Counted from the whole stretch's first letter, positions 12,389-25,601 are shown. The stretch is 63,895 nucleotides of DNA, filler included, from Rhabdomonas costata (GCA_019059605.1; 51 parts of 51 records of this genome joined end to end with filler, not necessarily neighbours in it); one strand, 5' to 3'. The notes: a model not told the origin generated them from the letters alone. Program-made: numbers and translations.

Positions 12389-12950
12389 CAAACACGAATA
12401 TATGTGTGTGTCACAATCATAGAAAACTTCACGAAGGGAGGGAGTACCAAAACCNNNNNNNNNNNNNNNNNNNNNNNNNNNNNNNNNNNNNNNNNNNNTT
12501 AATTAATTAANNNNNNNNNNNNNNNNNNNNNNNNNNNNNNNNNNNNNNNNNNNNGTTGGGTGGTATCCGGTGCCTTCACCTTCACCTTGATAATACAAGC
12601 CGGAGACCATAAAACATTGCGCAAATGCAAAAAAGGGAGTGAGAAAGGTAGCACAAAATGGAAGCTCCGAGCAAGTCACAGGATACCACCCAATCCCAAT
12701 ATCCAATGGGATCAGCTGAGCAATGCATACAATTGTTTCCTGTGGTGAAATGGGCCTCCGAACCAAACAATTTGTGTAGGTGTCAACCCTTGTGATCACC
12801 TCTGTGGTTCTACACGGAAGGCCTCTGGGCGCGTTGGGGTGCTCTTAATGGGCACTAGAGCACGCCAGCGTCCCCGACGATGACCTTTTTCCCAGCCGCA
12901 GTAGGATCCGGCAGCACACAGCACGCACACGTGGGGGGGAGGGCACTTAC

Positions 12951-13288
12951 TTGAGGTTCTCCAAGGCCTGCTCGCGGGCTCGGATCCGTGCAAGGGCGAC
13001 CTCCCGGGCCCGCCCCGCGGTACGCAGCCGCTGCACTTCTGCCCTGAGCCGTACGAAGTGCCGCTCGGTAGGGGTGCGCATCGCGGCGAACATCGGCTCG
13101 CGGCCCTCGCGGCCCACCCGAAGCTGCTTCCACTGCCGCCGCAGCTCCTCCTCGGAGCGGGGCTCAGGATTCTCCGCGACGGCCTCGTCGCCCCATTCCC
13201 CCCACTCCCCCCAGGGCCCGTACTCCTCACGGAGTTCTGGGGGGACGGCAGCGGGCTCCATGGCCTCTCCCTCCCACTTCCGCTTCAT
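12951..13288 (-). CDS. First coding exon of an unidentified charged/coiled-coil protein (MKRKWEGEAMEP...)
   Basis: GC-rich 113-codon ORF from ATG 13288, ending at a canonical AA|GTAAGT donor (or at the TAA overlapping it). A CAG acceptor lies 11 nt upstream of the ATG. Confidence 0.6.
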
Positions 13289-14420
13289 AGCCGCGGAGGC
13301 TGCTTACGAAATGTCACAGTGATAAACTCCTCAGCAACCGAGAAGGACAGCGAGAGACAGGTTTCCTCCTTCACACCAAGAAATATAAAACAGCAGCAAA
13401 GCTCAGGAATCCAATCTGCAGGGTGAAAATTCACACCGTACTGAAAAAAGACGTTCGCAAATCCAAAAAACTGCTGCAAACAAACGTCCACTAGCACAAA
13501 AAGAAGCTCTGGTGAGAAAAACGGCGATCTTATGTCGGAGGTGACGGGGATGCAAGTGCCCCACCGGAGAGCGTATCGGTCTCACATGGTGGTTGAGGGT
13601 GATGGACGCGCGTGGGGTGGGGCGCCATGTGCCGACATATCACAATTCCGCATTTTCTTCCAGTTTCCCCATTCCCATCATCCCATTCCATATCTCAACA
13701 CCCCCCCCNNNNNNNNNNNNNNNNNNNNNNNNNNNNNNNNNNNNNNNNNNNNTTAATTAATTAANNNNNNNNNNNNNNNNNNNNNNNNNNNNNNNNNNNN
13801 NNNNNNNNGGTTGTTTTGGGATGTAGTGTTGGGTTTGTATTGCTGGTGGTTCCTAGTTGAGAGTTCCTGGGCTGCGTCTCCTGCTATTTAGAGACCTCGT
13901 CCTTTTCCTTTCCTGAAACACTGTTTTCCCTCTTCTGCACAAATCTGTGAACCCCACCTCCAGACTTTTACTCACCGTCATTTAACACAGCGGAACCGGC
14001 TCATCAAAATCCAATCATTATGGGAGCGCAACAATCACCTGCAGCAACCATAATCGGAACCCAAGCAAACAATGTAAAATTCAAAGGCACTTGTTGCATT
14101 TTTACTGGGACACCCCCCATAACCTCTGACGGTGACAGTTGGGACGTCACTTCACACCACACCCCTAACCACACCCGAACCCAAAAAGAAAAGCATGCAC
14201 ATTGCAGGAAGCGAGGCGACACGGTGTTACTCCTGCCTTTCCAGCCATCATGAGCGAAGAATGACAAGCAACATTCTGAAGCAAGCTGCATGTTCCTGTT
14301 GGCGGCGGGTAAGGACGACGCTCAGCCAACACCAAACAAACAATCACATAAGCGGGCTTCAAAATGCAGTGCACCACGGACCGACTGTAGGAACCATGTC
14401 GCCACAGGGCCGGGGCCCAC

Positions 14421-14621
14421 TCGAAGCTTCGCGCTGAGCTCCTGGTCCGTCACGGACACCGTCATCCCCAATGGGTCGGCAGTGTTCAGCGTGGTCGGGC
14501 TGAGCTGGGTCACGCGGATCGACCTGCGCCTCTCATTAGCAACCCGCTGGGCGCCCCTCTGCAATAACTTCTGCCGGTACTCCTCGGCGAGCTCCTGTAC
14601 GACGTCACGAAGGGGCTCCCC
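14421..14621 (-). CDS. Internal exon, unidentified protein (GEPLRDVVQELAEEYRQKLLQRG...SAKLR)
   Basis: TAG|GGG...CGA|GTGGGC, 201 nt open, strong GC3 bias. Confidence 0.55.
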
Positions 14622-15394
14622 CTAAGATGGTCAGAGAGCAAGAGTCTGCCAGTGCAAATTCTTCGCGTATGTTTATGTCGGCAGCTGAAATAGACGCACC
14701 CTGACGCCAGACTCCATTGGAGAGCGGGTTTCGGCAGATGTCCTGCTGTTCTTGTTCAGCGCACACCTTATCATCCAACCCCAAAATAGGTTCGAACCAA
14801 AAGCTTAACTACTTCGGTGCTCTCCAACTGGCCAGCCTTCATTGGTTTCTGCCCATAATTTATTTGGCATGTGTGGAGCAGTGTATCAAAGGCAGGTTCC
14901 CCCCAGAGGAACCTTTCAATTGGGGAAGTGTCCAGCCTTAATGTACGCAATCAAAAAAAAANNNNNNNNNNNNNNNNNNNNNNNNNNNNNNNNNNNNNNN
15001 NNNNNTTAATTAATTAANNNNNNNNNNNNNNNNNNNNNNNNNNNNNNNNNNNNNNNNNNNNATGTGGTTTGTAGCGGGCTTTCGGATGATGGGGAAGAAG
15101 TCAATAGTCGCGGTTTTCGCGGGTACTTGTTGTGGGCTTTTCACATTCCGCTGCGTACCATTGCCCTTGTAAAGTTGTGGTTAGAAAGAAACAACGTCAT
15201 AGGGCACGCCCGCACAAACGGGGTACCCGGCAATGTGGGTGCCTGACTTAAGATCACTGTGGGTTAAAAACCGATTCATCGTCGCTTTTGACGCAAGTAT
15301 CGAAGCAGGCACTTTTGTCTGAAGAGCAAGGCATGCATAGTGCTAAGCTGGCCATCAGCGCCTCTGCACCATTCGCCATCTCTGTACCTTTCAG

Positions 15395-16203
15395 CATCGT
15401 TGGGACGGAGACCTACCTGCTGAACCCCATCACCCTGATGCCGATGTTCAACCGGATGGTGGTGTTCAAGCCCAACGGCGACGCGATGACCAACCCGGGG
15501 ATGCTCAACGGGGCCTACAGCCGCAGCCTGGCTTCGGGGTGGGTCTCCACCCCGGCCAACCGGTTCAACCCTGGGTACTCCGAGATCTACTTCACCCAAA
15601 CAACCCCGATCTTCCTAATCCTGGAGGTCAACGTGTGCGTCCTGGATGGCCTGGGGAACTGCGTGGGGCAGCTGGGCAAGGACCTTCTGCTTAAGTTCTT
15701 GGGGGACTTCCTGCGGAGCCTGGTGACGCAAAGCAGCCTTCTATCGCAGGGGGGCCGGGCGTTCAGCTATGAGATGAACGGGAACCTGACGGGTGCGAGC
15801 CACGGGGCGGTTTTCATCTCGTACAGCAATGGGACGAATTTGCGCCTAGCGGCGTGGCAGAGCGATGATGCCATAACTGCGAAGACGGGGCAGCTGCTTC
15901 GTCCAAGTCTCGTCCCAACGGGCGCAGGTTGGCATTTAAACGTTGCCCTGGCCTTTTTGAGTCTGAGGGCGCTACGAATCTTTTCTTCTGCTTTTATTCT
16001 GTGCTCCTATAGTTGGATTGCCTGTTTGGATGCGCCATTGTTTAGGGAATTAATCTGCTTTTCGACTTGTTTCGCAGCCGGCTGGAACTCTACGATCAAG
16101 TTCAGTTTCAGTCTTCGCGGCGAGGAATACGACCACATCGGGCAGATCATGACCCTGCCGTACGGGCTGGTGTGGCGGGTCAGTGTGGTGATCTCGCTGA
16201 CTC
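15395..16203 (+). CDS. Extracellular Cache (dCache-like) sensor domain of a receptor protein, partial; exons 15395-15927, 16078-~16203
   Basis: CVGQLGKDLLLKFLGDFLRSL...GRAFSYEMNGNLTGAS and PYGLVWRVSVVIS resemble dCache_1 motifs (GV.G.D..L..L..FL, F.....G.L.AS, GL.W..VV.I). Many N-x-S/T sequons. In-frame 150-nt GT-AG intron at 15928-16077. Confidence 0.75.
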
Positions 16204-19010
16204 GACACACCACCCNNNNNNNNNNNNNNNNNNNNNNNNNNNNNNNNNNNNNNNNNNNNTTAATTAATTAANNNNNNNNNNNNNNNNNNNNNNNNNNNNN
16301 NNNNNNNNNNNNNNNGTGTGTAGCCTTCAAACAATAGCAATTGCTCACCGCACGCCTTTGCCGCGCTGGGACCGGGGCCCAAACATTGCCCACTCACTTT
16401 CGGTCACTGCGTGCTTTACCTCCTTCGCTTTCGGACACGCTACCACCTTGCTTTGGATGGCAAGAGACAAAAGATTCGCAGTTCCATTCCATTCCTGCTG
16501 CTTCCGGAGCACTCACCACAGGATGGATGACTGTCCCCGTTTTGCTTTTCAGTAGCCCCACATCGATGACTCAGACTGTGTATTCTCCTCCCTCTCTTCC
16601 TTTCTTGACGTGGGTTTTGTTGCACAGTAGCAGGCGCCTTTGCGCAGAAGCGCAGCCTTCCGAATCTCATCGCTGCGTCAAAAAATTCTGGCTCAACATC
16701 TCCACTTTTGCAGAGCAAGCTGTAGATTAGTTTTGCGTTCTGTTTGCTCCGCGTCCCTCCCCCCGTTGCCGCTGTCCAAGAGCCGTCCGTTTCCTTCGCC
16801 CGCAAAAATCGACAAGCTTTCTTTTTCCCAAAAATTTCTTTCAAATGGAGTGGTGATTTCCGTTGGGGATGGGTTGTCACTCTTTGTGACATTTCCTTTC
16901 CCCTCGCGAACATGCAGAGCATTTCTCGCTGTGTTTGTTCAATTCTGTGCTGTTATGTGTCAAATCAATCGGCAGGAAACCTCTGCAAACGCACAGTCTG
17001 TTTGGGTTGAGGTTGGCTCTTGATTGAGACAAGGAATGCCCATTTTAATAGCACGTATGCTCGTCGTTGGACTCTTCTGAGCTTATCACGTCATTTGGTA
17101 AGTAGTGGTTATCACTTGTGTCCCTTTCAAGCCCTAGCTGCGAAGCTAAGTTCTGGTGAGCTACCCAAGTTTTTTGCAAGTAAATTTTACCATCCAGTCA
17201 ATCTCTAACAGACATATAGCATTACCCAAATTGTCCGTTTGTCCAAACAAGATGCGATTCATAAGTTGATACCCATCTGCCGTATCCCCCCTTGACTCTC
17301 ACATGTCTGTTGCAAGGCTGAGGCACCACTTGCTATTTACTTCACCATGGCTTTGAGCCGCAGGGGCTGAAAGTGCATCTCTCTGGAACGTGCGGAACTG
17401 CAATGACACCTCTTTTGCACATATCGAGCATAGTCCAATGTACCACCGCTCCCACTACTCCCCCCCAACANNNNNNNNNNNNNNNNNNNNNNNNNNNNNN
17501 NNNNNNNNNNNNNNTTAATTAATTAANNNNNNNNNNNNNNNNNNNNNNNNNNNNNNNNNNNNNNNNNNNNGGGGTGGTGTGGTAGTACTCTTGAGATGAG
17601 TTGGTTGGCCGCTTCCCGGCCTCGGAGTCCTTCTCTTCACCGAGATATGGCCCCTTCGTGGTCCCATTGTGGCCCTTTTAAGGGCATTTTTGACCTAGAT
17701 CTATGGGGCTGGAGTGCTCTTTTCGGACCATTTCAGGCCGACAAACTGAGGCTATGCTTTCGACGGGGCCTGCTTAGCATACCTAAGAGTACAGTCCAGG
17801 AGTACTTCATGCTGGCACCGGAGTGGGTCGGAATGCTTCTGTTTAGAGCCACGCTAGGGGCCATTATAGGGCCATTTTGGGGTGTTTTTGAGCCCTTTTT
17901 GCCTTTACACAGGCTTGGAAGGACCATTTGTTTTCGCAAAGGCTTTACAACGGGCTTGGGAATTGATAAGAGAAATAGCTGCACACCGTCCACTCGCATG
18001 CACGCGCGATTTTCTTTTTGGTGGTGGTCCTTCCCGCAGCTCCTTTCCGTCATTATGAACCTGTACCGCTAGGGAAGGGTCACCTCTGAAATCGGGGTAG
18101 GACCGCTCAATTTCGAATTTCCTTGACTTCGGATGCGGATTAACCGCGCGACTGTGATAATTGACGGTATGCTTGCGCGGCTTCCAGGCTTCCAAGCAGT
18201 ATCCTCCTGGTTCGCCTCTTCGCCCAGTTGTAGAAGCGGTGTAGAAGCGTGGAGATGGTGTCAGTTCAAATCGACATCGAAATTGGGTTTTGTTTTTCAA
18301 TAGGTTTTTCGACGGCCCACCGCTAACCTAACTAAAGTCTGTCACAGGCAAAGCGAAAGAAAGCGAGACCATCCAACCCATTCGAAGTTGTGCTTTTTTT
18401 TGGCGAGGCATTGGGGAGGACCAGCAAACTCCACAGTGCATTCAGAGTGGATGGGGTGAGTGGACAAAAAGAGACGAGGGCGGTTCCCCTGCCAACGTCT
18501 ACTCCCACAACCATGCACAAGCGATGCGGAAAACAGCTGAGAAATACACACCAAAAACTGTGTGGTCATTGTTTTCCTGGAAAAGTGACATCACATGTTA
18601 TTTTTCGGTCAGTTTTTCCCACAGCATCCCAACATCTGCTGTAACTTTGGTAATCCCGCTGTGTCAATTTTCTCTTGCTATTGGGAACCGTACTCGTCTC
18701 TTTTTGTCCACTCACCCCAACCAACNNNNNNNNNNNNNNNNNNNNNNNNNNNNNNNNNNNNNNNNNNNNTTAATTAATTAANNNNNNNNNNNNNNNNNNN
18801 NNNNNNNNNNNNNNNNNNNNNNNNNGTGGTGTTTGCAGTGCGAAGTGCCAGTTGGGTTTGCCCTGCACTCTGGTTTTAAAGCTGCTTTGATTACTGTATT
18901 GACCATTTGTAAACTGGTAATAGGGGCGTGAGAGAGCAATTCAGCGAACGTTAGTAACCCGGCAGGAGATTCAGAGAGATGTCTCTGGGGCCTTTGCTTG
19001 GGCCTGGGAG

Positions 19011-19840
19011 CGCTTTGGATCGGCACAAGGCCAGGGTGGCCGACCCTCAGCAGTGCATCAACGTGGTGTGGGACTTCCTCTTCCCTGGTGAGCACAAACC
19101 TCCCCTGAACGCTGAACGAGTGGACGTTCAGAGGGTCTCTTGCCAGCACCCTCGCACCTCATGCCATTCATGCGCTCTCCTTTTCACACTGCCACTTGGC
19201 TGCATGCAGCTGATATCCTCAGGCTCAGACTTCAACATCTTCGATACCTTCATTTCAGCACGAAATATGCTTTCTTAATCACACAAAGCTCGGGGAAAAC
19301 TTTGCAAGGCCATGGTGTTTCGCCCGCAGGTGCTTCCGAACGGTACCCTGCTTGACCTCACAAAGAACCAGGTTAGCGGACTTGTGTTGTATGACCTGCC
19401 TTTGAAGTCACAATGTAAAGCCATGACTGCTTTTGGATGTCACGTGCCCCCCTGCCAGTTATGGAATCGACTCATCCGGCTGTCTCAAAATATCATTCAA
19501 TGATTATGTGCACCACGCTCCAAAATCCAACACGTTGTTCATGAAAGATAGTATGGTGCGACAGTGCCTTCTCTGTAGTTGCTGAGAACTTTGGCCACTT
19601 CTGCAGGCTTTGGTAGTCATGAATGTTGGCAGCAAATGCGGTGCACATCGCTCATCATCAGCATCATCATAAGCATGATGATCGTACAGTGAAGGCAGGC
19701 TGGATACAACAACCCCAATATGCGACTGCATCCTCCCCCATCATGCTTTTACCTTGTTTTTGTTTCAGGCCTTTCTGCGTCGGTTCCGGGACCTTGGGAA
19801 GCTTTTAGAGGGCATCAGCTCCCCCAGTGGCGAATGGAAG
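19011..19840 (+). CDS. Four-exon fragment of an unidentified protein (~19011-19134, 19210-19257, 19330-19371, 19769-19840)
   Basis: All junctions are phase 0 and give one open peptide ...WDFLFPGEHKPPLNAERVDVQR-LISSGSDFNIFDTFIS-VLPNGTLLDLTKNQ-AFLRRFRDLGKLLEGISSPSGEWK. The second donor must be GC (GCACGA). Confidence 0.55.
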
Positions 19841-20090
19841 GTTTCCCCCTCTCTTCTCCACCACATCTGGCAAAAGAACGCAAAGAGGCACGCACCGGAC
19901 TGCTTTAAATTGCGAGATTGTTTTTTCTTTGAAACTGCAGCATTTAATGCCCTCCCATTTGGTTTTGCCTACCCCCACCCNNNNNNNNNNNNNNNNNNNN
20001 NNNNNNNNNNNNNNNNNNNNNNNNTTAATTAATTAANNNNNNNNNNNNNNNNNNNNNNNNNNNNNNNNNNNNNNNNNNNNGGGGGGGGTG

Positions 20091-21172
20091 CAGCACGGCT
20101 TCTTCTGGGGCAAGCTCAAGAGTTTGTCGAGAACCTCTTTCGTCCGTCGGATACAGTTTGGCTGAAGGGCCTGAACTACATGAACGTATTGTCATGCCTT
20201 TTTGTCCCCTTGTTCTGCTTCCACCTTCAATTCAATTTCGTATTTGTGAACTACTGTTCTGCGGCTCGCCTCGCTCGCAAAGAATGTTGCTTTTGTGGAC
20301 ATACGTGAGCTTTCTAAGCCACATGTAGCGTTTCCAACGTGTTTTGCAATCCGTTTTTTTTCGAGCGTAATCGACGTCAAAGAACTATTAATGTTAAACA
20401 ACGAGAGAGAAAACGGCCTCAAACAAAAAAGAGAAACCCTGATAATACCTAAGGTCGTCGCCGAAGGTGATGCGGGTGATAAGTGGTTTAAGGGGTAAAA
20501 AAATGTATGATACCTTTTCCGCTTTGCAGGATGACCCTTCGGAAGTCCATGTTCTATACCTTCAAGTTGGAGGCGATGAGACCAGAGAGAAGATAACCCG
20601 TCTTGTCGGTTGGCTTTGGTTTTTTATTTATTGTTGTACCTAATCCCACCCGATTTCTCGTCCCCTTCGTTCACTCAACGTTATAGTAATCTTGGACAGT
20701 GACGGTGACCTTTGTAATTCGCTGTCATGCATGCGGTTTGTCCGTTTTGTGCGCAGATGTCTCGTTTGTGTGTTTGTCGTCGACGCATCGTGGTTGTTTC
20801 GTAGTTAATCTGCCCATTCCAAGCAGTGGAGCTCATGATGTGGGTGTGTGGGTGCATTTGTGTGTTGAGGGCGTTCTGAAATGCTCGGTGGTTTCTTGGT
20901 TCGTTGCGGTCATGTCGTCAGACATGCAATCAGTCTGCTGCATGAGAAGACAGATCACGACACCAGGGGTGACGACGCGTTTCGCAGCACGAGAAATGCT
21001 CTCGTGCACATTGGCATCCACACGTCCACACTTTGCTTGTGCCCATCTGTCTCTTTTTCTGAACAGAGTATATCAGCCGACTCTTCATCGAAGCCGACCT
21101 AGCCTCCGAGACCGACATTGAGCATAACGAGAAGCTGCACGCCACCCTGCTGAACTCCAAGTGGAGAAAGAG
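20091..21172 (+). CDS. ASCC1/AKAP7-like 2H phosphoesterase domain protein, partial; exons ~20091-20185, 20530-20608, 21067-21172
   Basis: Spliced VWLKGLNYMN-DDPSEVHVLYLQVGGDETREKITRLV-EYISRLFIEADL...EKLHATLLNSKWRK matches ASCC1 motifs G.EYMNDDP..V.VLY..V and KLHAT.MN (second HxT motif). GT-AG introns in compatible phases. Confidence 0.85.
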
Positions 21173-22592
21173 GTCCCTTCCTGTGCCTTCCTGTACCCCC
21201 AACCAGTGCATACCGGCGGTCTCGACCAACAAACCNNNNNNNNNNNNNNNNNNNNNNNNNNNNNNNNNNNNNNNNNNNNTTAATTAATTAANNNNNNNNN
21301 NNNNNNNNNNNNNNNNNNNNNNNNNNNNNNNNNNNGGGGGTTGGGATACCCTAGCACCTCTTTCCGGCTCGTTCTCCACAAGTGACGACACCTTCACCAC
21401 TCCGCTGGTCGGGGGCGTGGCCCGAGTGGGCAGCGAGGAAATGCTCAGCGTGCTGAGCTTCAGGGGAAGCGGGAGCACTATGTGGAGAACGAGCCGGAAA
21501 GAGGTGCTAGGGTATCCCATATCACAGTAAACTAAGCTCTCTCGACTGTTTTTTTTTTGGATAGAAGATAGAAGAAGCCTGGGTGGAGGCATTGTGAAAT
21601 CATTCCGTGATACAAGATACTCAGCACGGGGATTCCGGCAACGTCATGACGTGCCTTTGCTTCGCTGAGGAACTCAATGTGGGCACACGAACGACGTACT
21701 TGAAGGACAGAGACCGGACGAATGGAAAACAGGCAGAAATGTAGTCAGGGTTCCATTGACAATGCGCCGTCATCACATCGTCGAACTTGCTACCAAGCCG
21801 ATCGCGTATTGAGCTGAATGAGTTGACCGTTCCAAATCTGATGTTTTCCAGTGCTTTTCCGGTCTCGCATGAATCACAGCCAGTTAATTCTTTGTCTTTC
21901 CAGCTGTGCGGAAAACACCCTCCGTGGCCACATTGGCGCTGACCGTGCTACACAGTGCTTTTATGTTATCGCCTTTTCCAGGGCGTGTATGCGGGCGCGG
22001 GAAAACAGAAGTTTTCGAAGAAAGCTGCCTTTGTTATGCTTACATACTCCATCGGGAGAGAAAATATGTTCCGAGTCGTGAATGCATCGAGACATATCGT
22101 GGTGGACACGTTTATTTGGCGAACTTATGACGCTCTTGTTTGGTGTGCCTTTTTTTGTCCAAAAAAATGAGACACCTGCGGACTAGAAAATCTATACTAA
22201 ATCTACAGTAAGTTACAAAAAGGCGATTTGTTCTGAATAGAATACCCCAAAAACATTGTCAACCGAGCTCGTTGGTATCCCAAGGCACCTGAACTTCGCC
22301 CTTATCTTGATCTGAGTCTCTTTTCAAGCCAACTTTTAACATTTTTTTAGTCTGAATTTGGGTTTTCAGGAGTTTCCAGGGGAGAAACTGGTGTTTGGTG
22401 TGCAGTTTGCTCACAATCCTACTTTGAGTTCGCCAAATAAAAAGTTTCTCCCCTGGAAACTCCTGAAAACCCAAATTCAGACCAAAAAAANNNNNNNNNN
22501 NNNNNNNNNNNNNNNNNNNNNNNNNNNNNNNNNNTTAATTAATTAANNNNNNNNNNNNNNNNNNNNNNNNNNNNNNNNNNNNNNNNNNNNTT

Positions 22593-23740
22593 GTGTGGGT
22601 CGGGGTCGCCTCCGGAGCGGCGTACGTGGGTATCGGCCCCAATTCCTCCCTCCCAGCTGAGATTTCTCGGTTGTTCTGTTCCCAGGAAGGTGGCCACTGT
22701 GCCAAGTGCGTTGCCCACCCCGGAGTGCCTTTCATCGGGACAATCCAAGAACACCGGAAATCGATACCCCTGTCGACACATTTTCAGCAGACCAGGCTGA
22801 ATTGCTTCGATGCTTCGTTTGAGAGATTGTCGCACGGGCCCGATTGGAGGGACTTTGGCAATGGCAGGAGGCGACTGATATTCTCACGACTAGTCTCATA
22901 ATGTACGTGGAAGTGCCACCAAACTCATGCTGGCTATCTGGGCCCCCGATCACAACGATCGACATACGCAGAATGGCACCGCCCACGTGTCCTGGTGCAC
23001 TGGTCTTAGCGGAATGTATTGTTCCTGTTTGCAGGCAACCTGGGCTCCCGCACCAAGCTGAGCTTCAGCGTGATCGGGCCGGTCAGCCCCCTGGTGGAGG
23101 CGCTGTGCGTGCTGAACGGGAACCTCCGCACAGACATCCTGCTCAGCTCGCAGACCTGGCGCGACGTGAAGCAGATGTTCATTGGGCAGCTGGTGCTTGT
23201 ATCCTACCCCTTTCTTTATTGTGAATCGCTTAACAATCTTTGCAGTGGCCACCATCACAGTCCGCCGATCTCAATTTGTCGCTTGTTTTATAGTCGTGAT
23301 CCGGTGGTCTGGTCTCCGGACTTCGGGAATCCTTCGTTTTCGGAACCAAGAAGACTCACAATAATCAAGTGCTTCTTCCGAACTTGTGAAAGGATGTTCC
23401 CTGGGTTGGATTCCTGGGCCCAACTTGGCTTCTCCCATGTTCTCCCTTGTTGCACCGTGATGGGGGGATTGGGACCGCTTCTCCCTTTTTGCTGATTCGT
23501 CTGCAAGGGACGTTGATTGCGGAAGGGGACCTTACTTGGTTCCTGAAGAAACGGTGATTGCTCTCGTGCTTTCGTGCGGGCGACGAGCGAAGCGGGGAAC
23601 TGCTCTGCGGTCTTGTTCTGCCTCCCTGCTCACACAGGTCGCCGCTGTCGAAGTTGTGAACCCCTCCGCGGCTGCCGCTCAAGCCACGGCAGCCCCCATC
23701 CCCACCAGCACCAGCACCATCGCCTCCGCTACAGCTGCCA
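22593..23740 (+). CDS. Class III adenylyl/guanylyl cyclase-like domain, C-terminal half, degenerate; exons ~22593-22629, 23035-23192, 23638-~23740
   Basis: VGVASGAAYV-GNLGSRTKLSFSVIGPVSPLVEALCVLNGNLRTDILLSSQTWRDVK matches the class III pattern G...G...VGNLG.......V.G..VN.A.RL..LN....T.IL.S. The catalytic N and R are absent. Confidence 0.8.
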
Positions 23741-24245
23741 CCCCACCNNNNNNNNNNNNNNNNNNNNNNNNNNNNNNNNNNNNNNNNNNNNTTAATTAAT
23801 TAANNNNNNNNNNNNNNNNNNNNNNNNNNNNNNNNNNNNNNNNNNNNGTTTGTGTGTTTCCGGAGAAGGCGTACAGCCACTCGCCTTTAGGGGCCAAGAA
23901 AAAGTGGAGAAGTGGAAAAGTATCAAATCTACCGAAAAGCGACAACAACACACACCGCACATCGCACATCGGACCCTATTGACCTTGAAGTGTGAGAGAC
24001 CAATATGACCAATGGACAGGGAGCTGCCTCTCAGTTCCGGGAGAACAGCATCACTTTCGTGCAGTCCCAATCGCAGCGTAACCATTTGGGTACGGTCAGA
24101 GCAAATAAGAGGACAGTTGGTTACAAACGTGCTTTACTTCGAGGAAGCGGAATAAGAGTAGTTTTCAGACGAGTTTTAATGACACAGTCTCCCATTGATT
24201 GGCACTCGACTTCAAATCTGAAGGAACGGCGAGGGAGCAACGCAC

Positions 24246-24351
24246 CGTCGTAGTCCGTGCTGGCCAAGGCCTCGGGGACCAACTGGTACACCTTCACCAG
24301 CCGGCCCCCCCACTTCGAGCTCCGTACCACGTCAAGCAGGAACAGCGCATC
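24246..24351 (-). CDS. Exon resembling the terminal beta-strands of a class III cyclase domain
   Basis: CAG|GAT...GAC G|GTGCGT. DALFLLDVVRSSKWGGRLVKVYQLVPE resembles the ..LD.V.......V.VYEL end of class III cyclases. Confidence 0.5.
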
Positions 24352-24444
24352 CTGTGGGCCACTTTCCCGAACCGCTTCATCTGAACAGCGGGTGAGGACT
24401 TTCGGTAAGGACCAAAATGGGACCCGTGTGAACATAAACGCCAC

Positions 24445-24812
24445 ACAACCTGCATGTGCGATGTGGTGGCATTCCAAATGGGTGCAAAGTTCGAAATTTT
24501 TCTCGCGCCTGCAGCGCATAGCTACACAAAACACGAGCCTTCTTGATACGGGTGCGAACAAAAATGGCAGGCGACAGCGCAAGACCGTATATCATCCTGC
24601 TGAACAAAGCCCCACGAAGCATGGCAATTCAGTGCTGGGTGCTCCAGTGGGGCCTCTTGTACATTTTTTCAGGGGGGGGGGCGTTAGCCGTTTAGCACCG
24701 CTAATTTTTTAAACCCCAACTCAAACCAAAATATGTATGCCTAGGGGTCAGAAAAAACAGTAATGACGATGACAATTATATAGGGTCCGAGGAGACCAGG
24801 TTTAAATGGGTC
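24445..24812 (+). repeat. Dispersed repeat family 2, copy A (long form)
   Basis: Three blocks match the reverse complement of 60556-60747: ACCTGCATGTGCGATGTGGTGGCATTCCARATGGGTGCAAARTTCGAAA, TGCGAACRAAAATGGCAGG..ATCATCCTGCTGAA, and AATTATATRGGGTCYGAGGAGACCWGGTTKAAATGRGTCA. Confidence 0.9.
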
Positions 24813-25274
24813 ACACAGGCTCCTCTGAGTTTCGAAGCGTAACTATCCTTAATATGATGAAGATTCCCAAACACCGGGAAAGGCCTTTGCAAACAGCTCC
24901 ACAGTGAGAGTGAGAGTGAGAGTGGGAGTGAGACTGGCCTCCTAGAGCTGTTTTTTATAAATAAAAAAGTGAGCTTCGGATGACCAATAAATTGAAAACC
25001 AANNNNNNNNNNNNNNNNNNNNNNNNNNNNNNNNNNNNNNNNNNNNTTAATTAATTAANNNNNNNNNNNNNNNNNNNNNNNNNNNNNNNNNNNNNNNNNN
25101 NNTGTTGGTGTGAAAGAAACTTTGCGAAGCACTTACTTGGTAGTGCGTTTCCGAATTGCAGTAGTAGTAGCAATGCTAATAATAATAATTATAATTATAA
25201 TAATAATCATTGTGGTGGTGGTTGCGATCCGGTCCGCAGACCTACGCACACACGACGAGTGTTCTTGCTTTGCA

Positions 25275-25445
25275 GCTCAAAAATACTGCTGGCTAAGGAC
25301 CGACCTATGGCAGGGATATGGGCGGATGAGTAGCACAGCAATAGATTAGGGGAGGCCTGTCCGCGGCGCGGCCGGAGCGGGCAGTTGGGGCGGGAAACGT
25401 GACCTGGAGGTGCTTTACCCTTTTAAAATCCACTTTTAAAATCGT
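25275..25445 (+). repeat. Dispersed repeat family 1, copy B
   Basis: Aligns with 10056-10225, with an extra ~22-nt segment after GCTAAGG. Confidence 0.85.
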
Positions 25446-25601
25446 ATTTCCAAAGAAAAAAATGGTGGAGTCTATCGTCTTACTAAGGAGCTGCTTTTGT
25501 TTTTTGTGCTGCTGCTTTTGTTTTGCTTTGTTTTGTTTGTTTTTGTTTTGCTGTCCAAGTGAACACTTTTCCCGTTTCCCTGAAAGGTGCCTGACCTGCA
25601 G

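Noticed and set aside
15928-16077. Hydrophobic stretch in the 327-aa ORF as a transmembrane helix
   Set aside because: It is an in-frame 150-nt GT-AG intron (T-rich, ends TTTCGCAG) lying inside the Cache domain.
19330-19840. GINS Sld5/Psf1 assignment for LPNGTLLDLTKNQAFLRRFRDL
   Set aside because: Only a vague resemblance. Upstream exons do not fit and the frame continues past where GINS subunits end.
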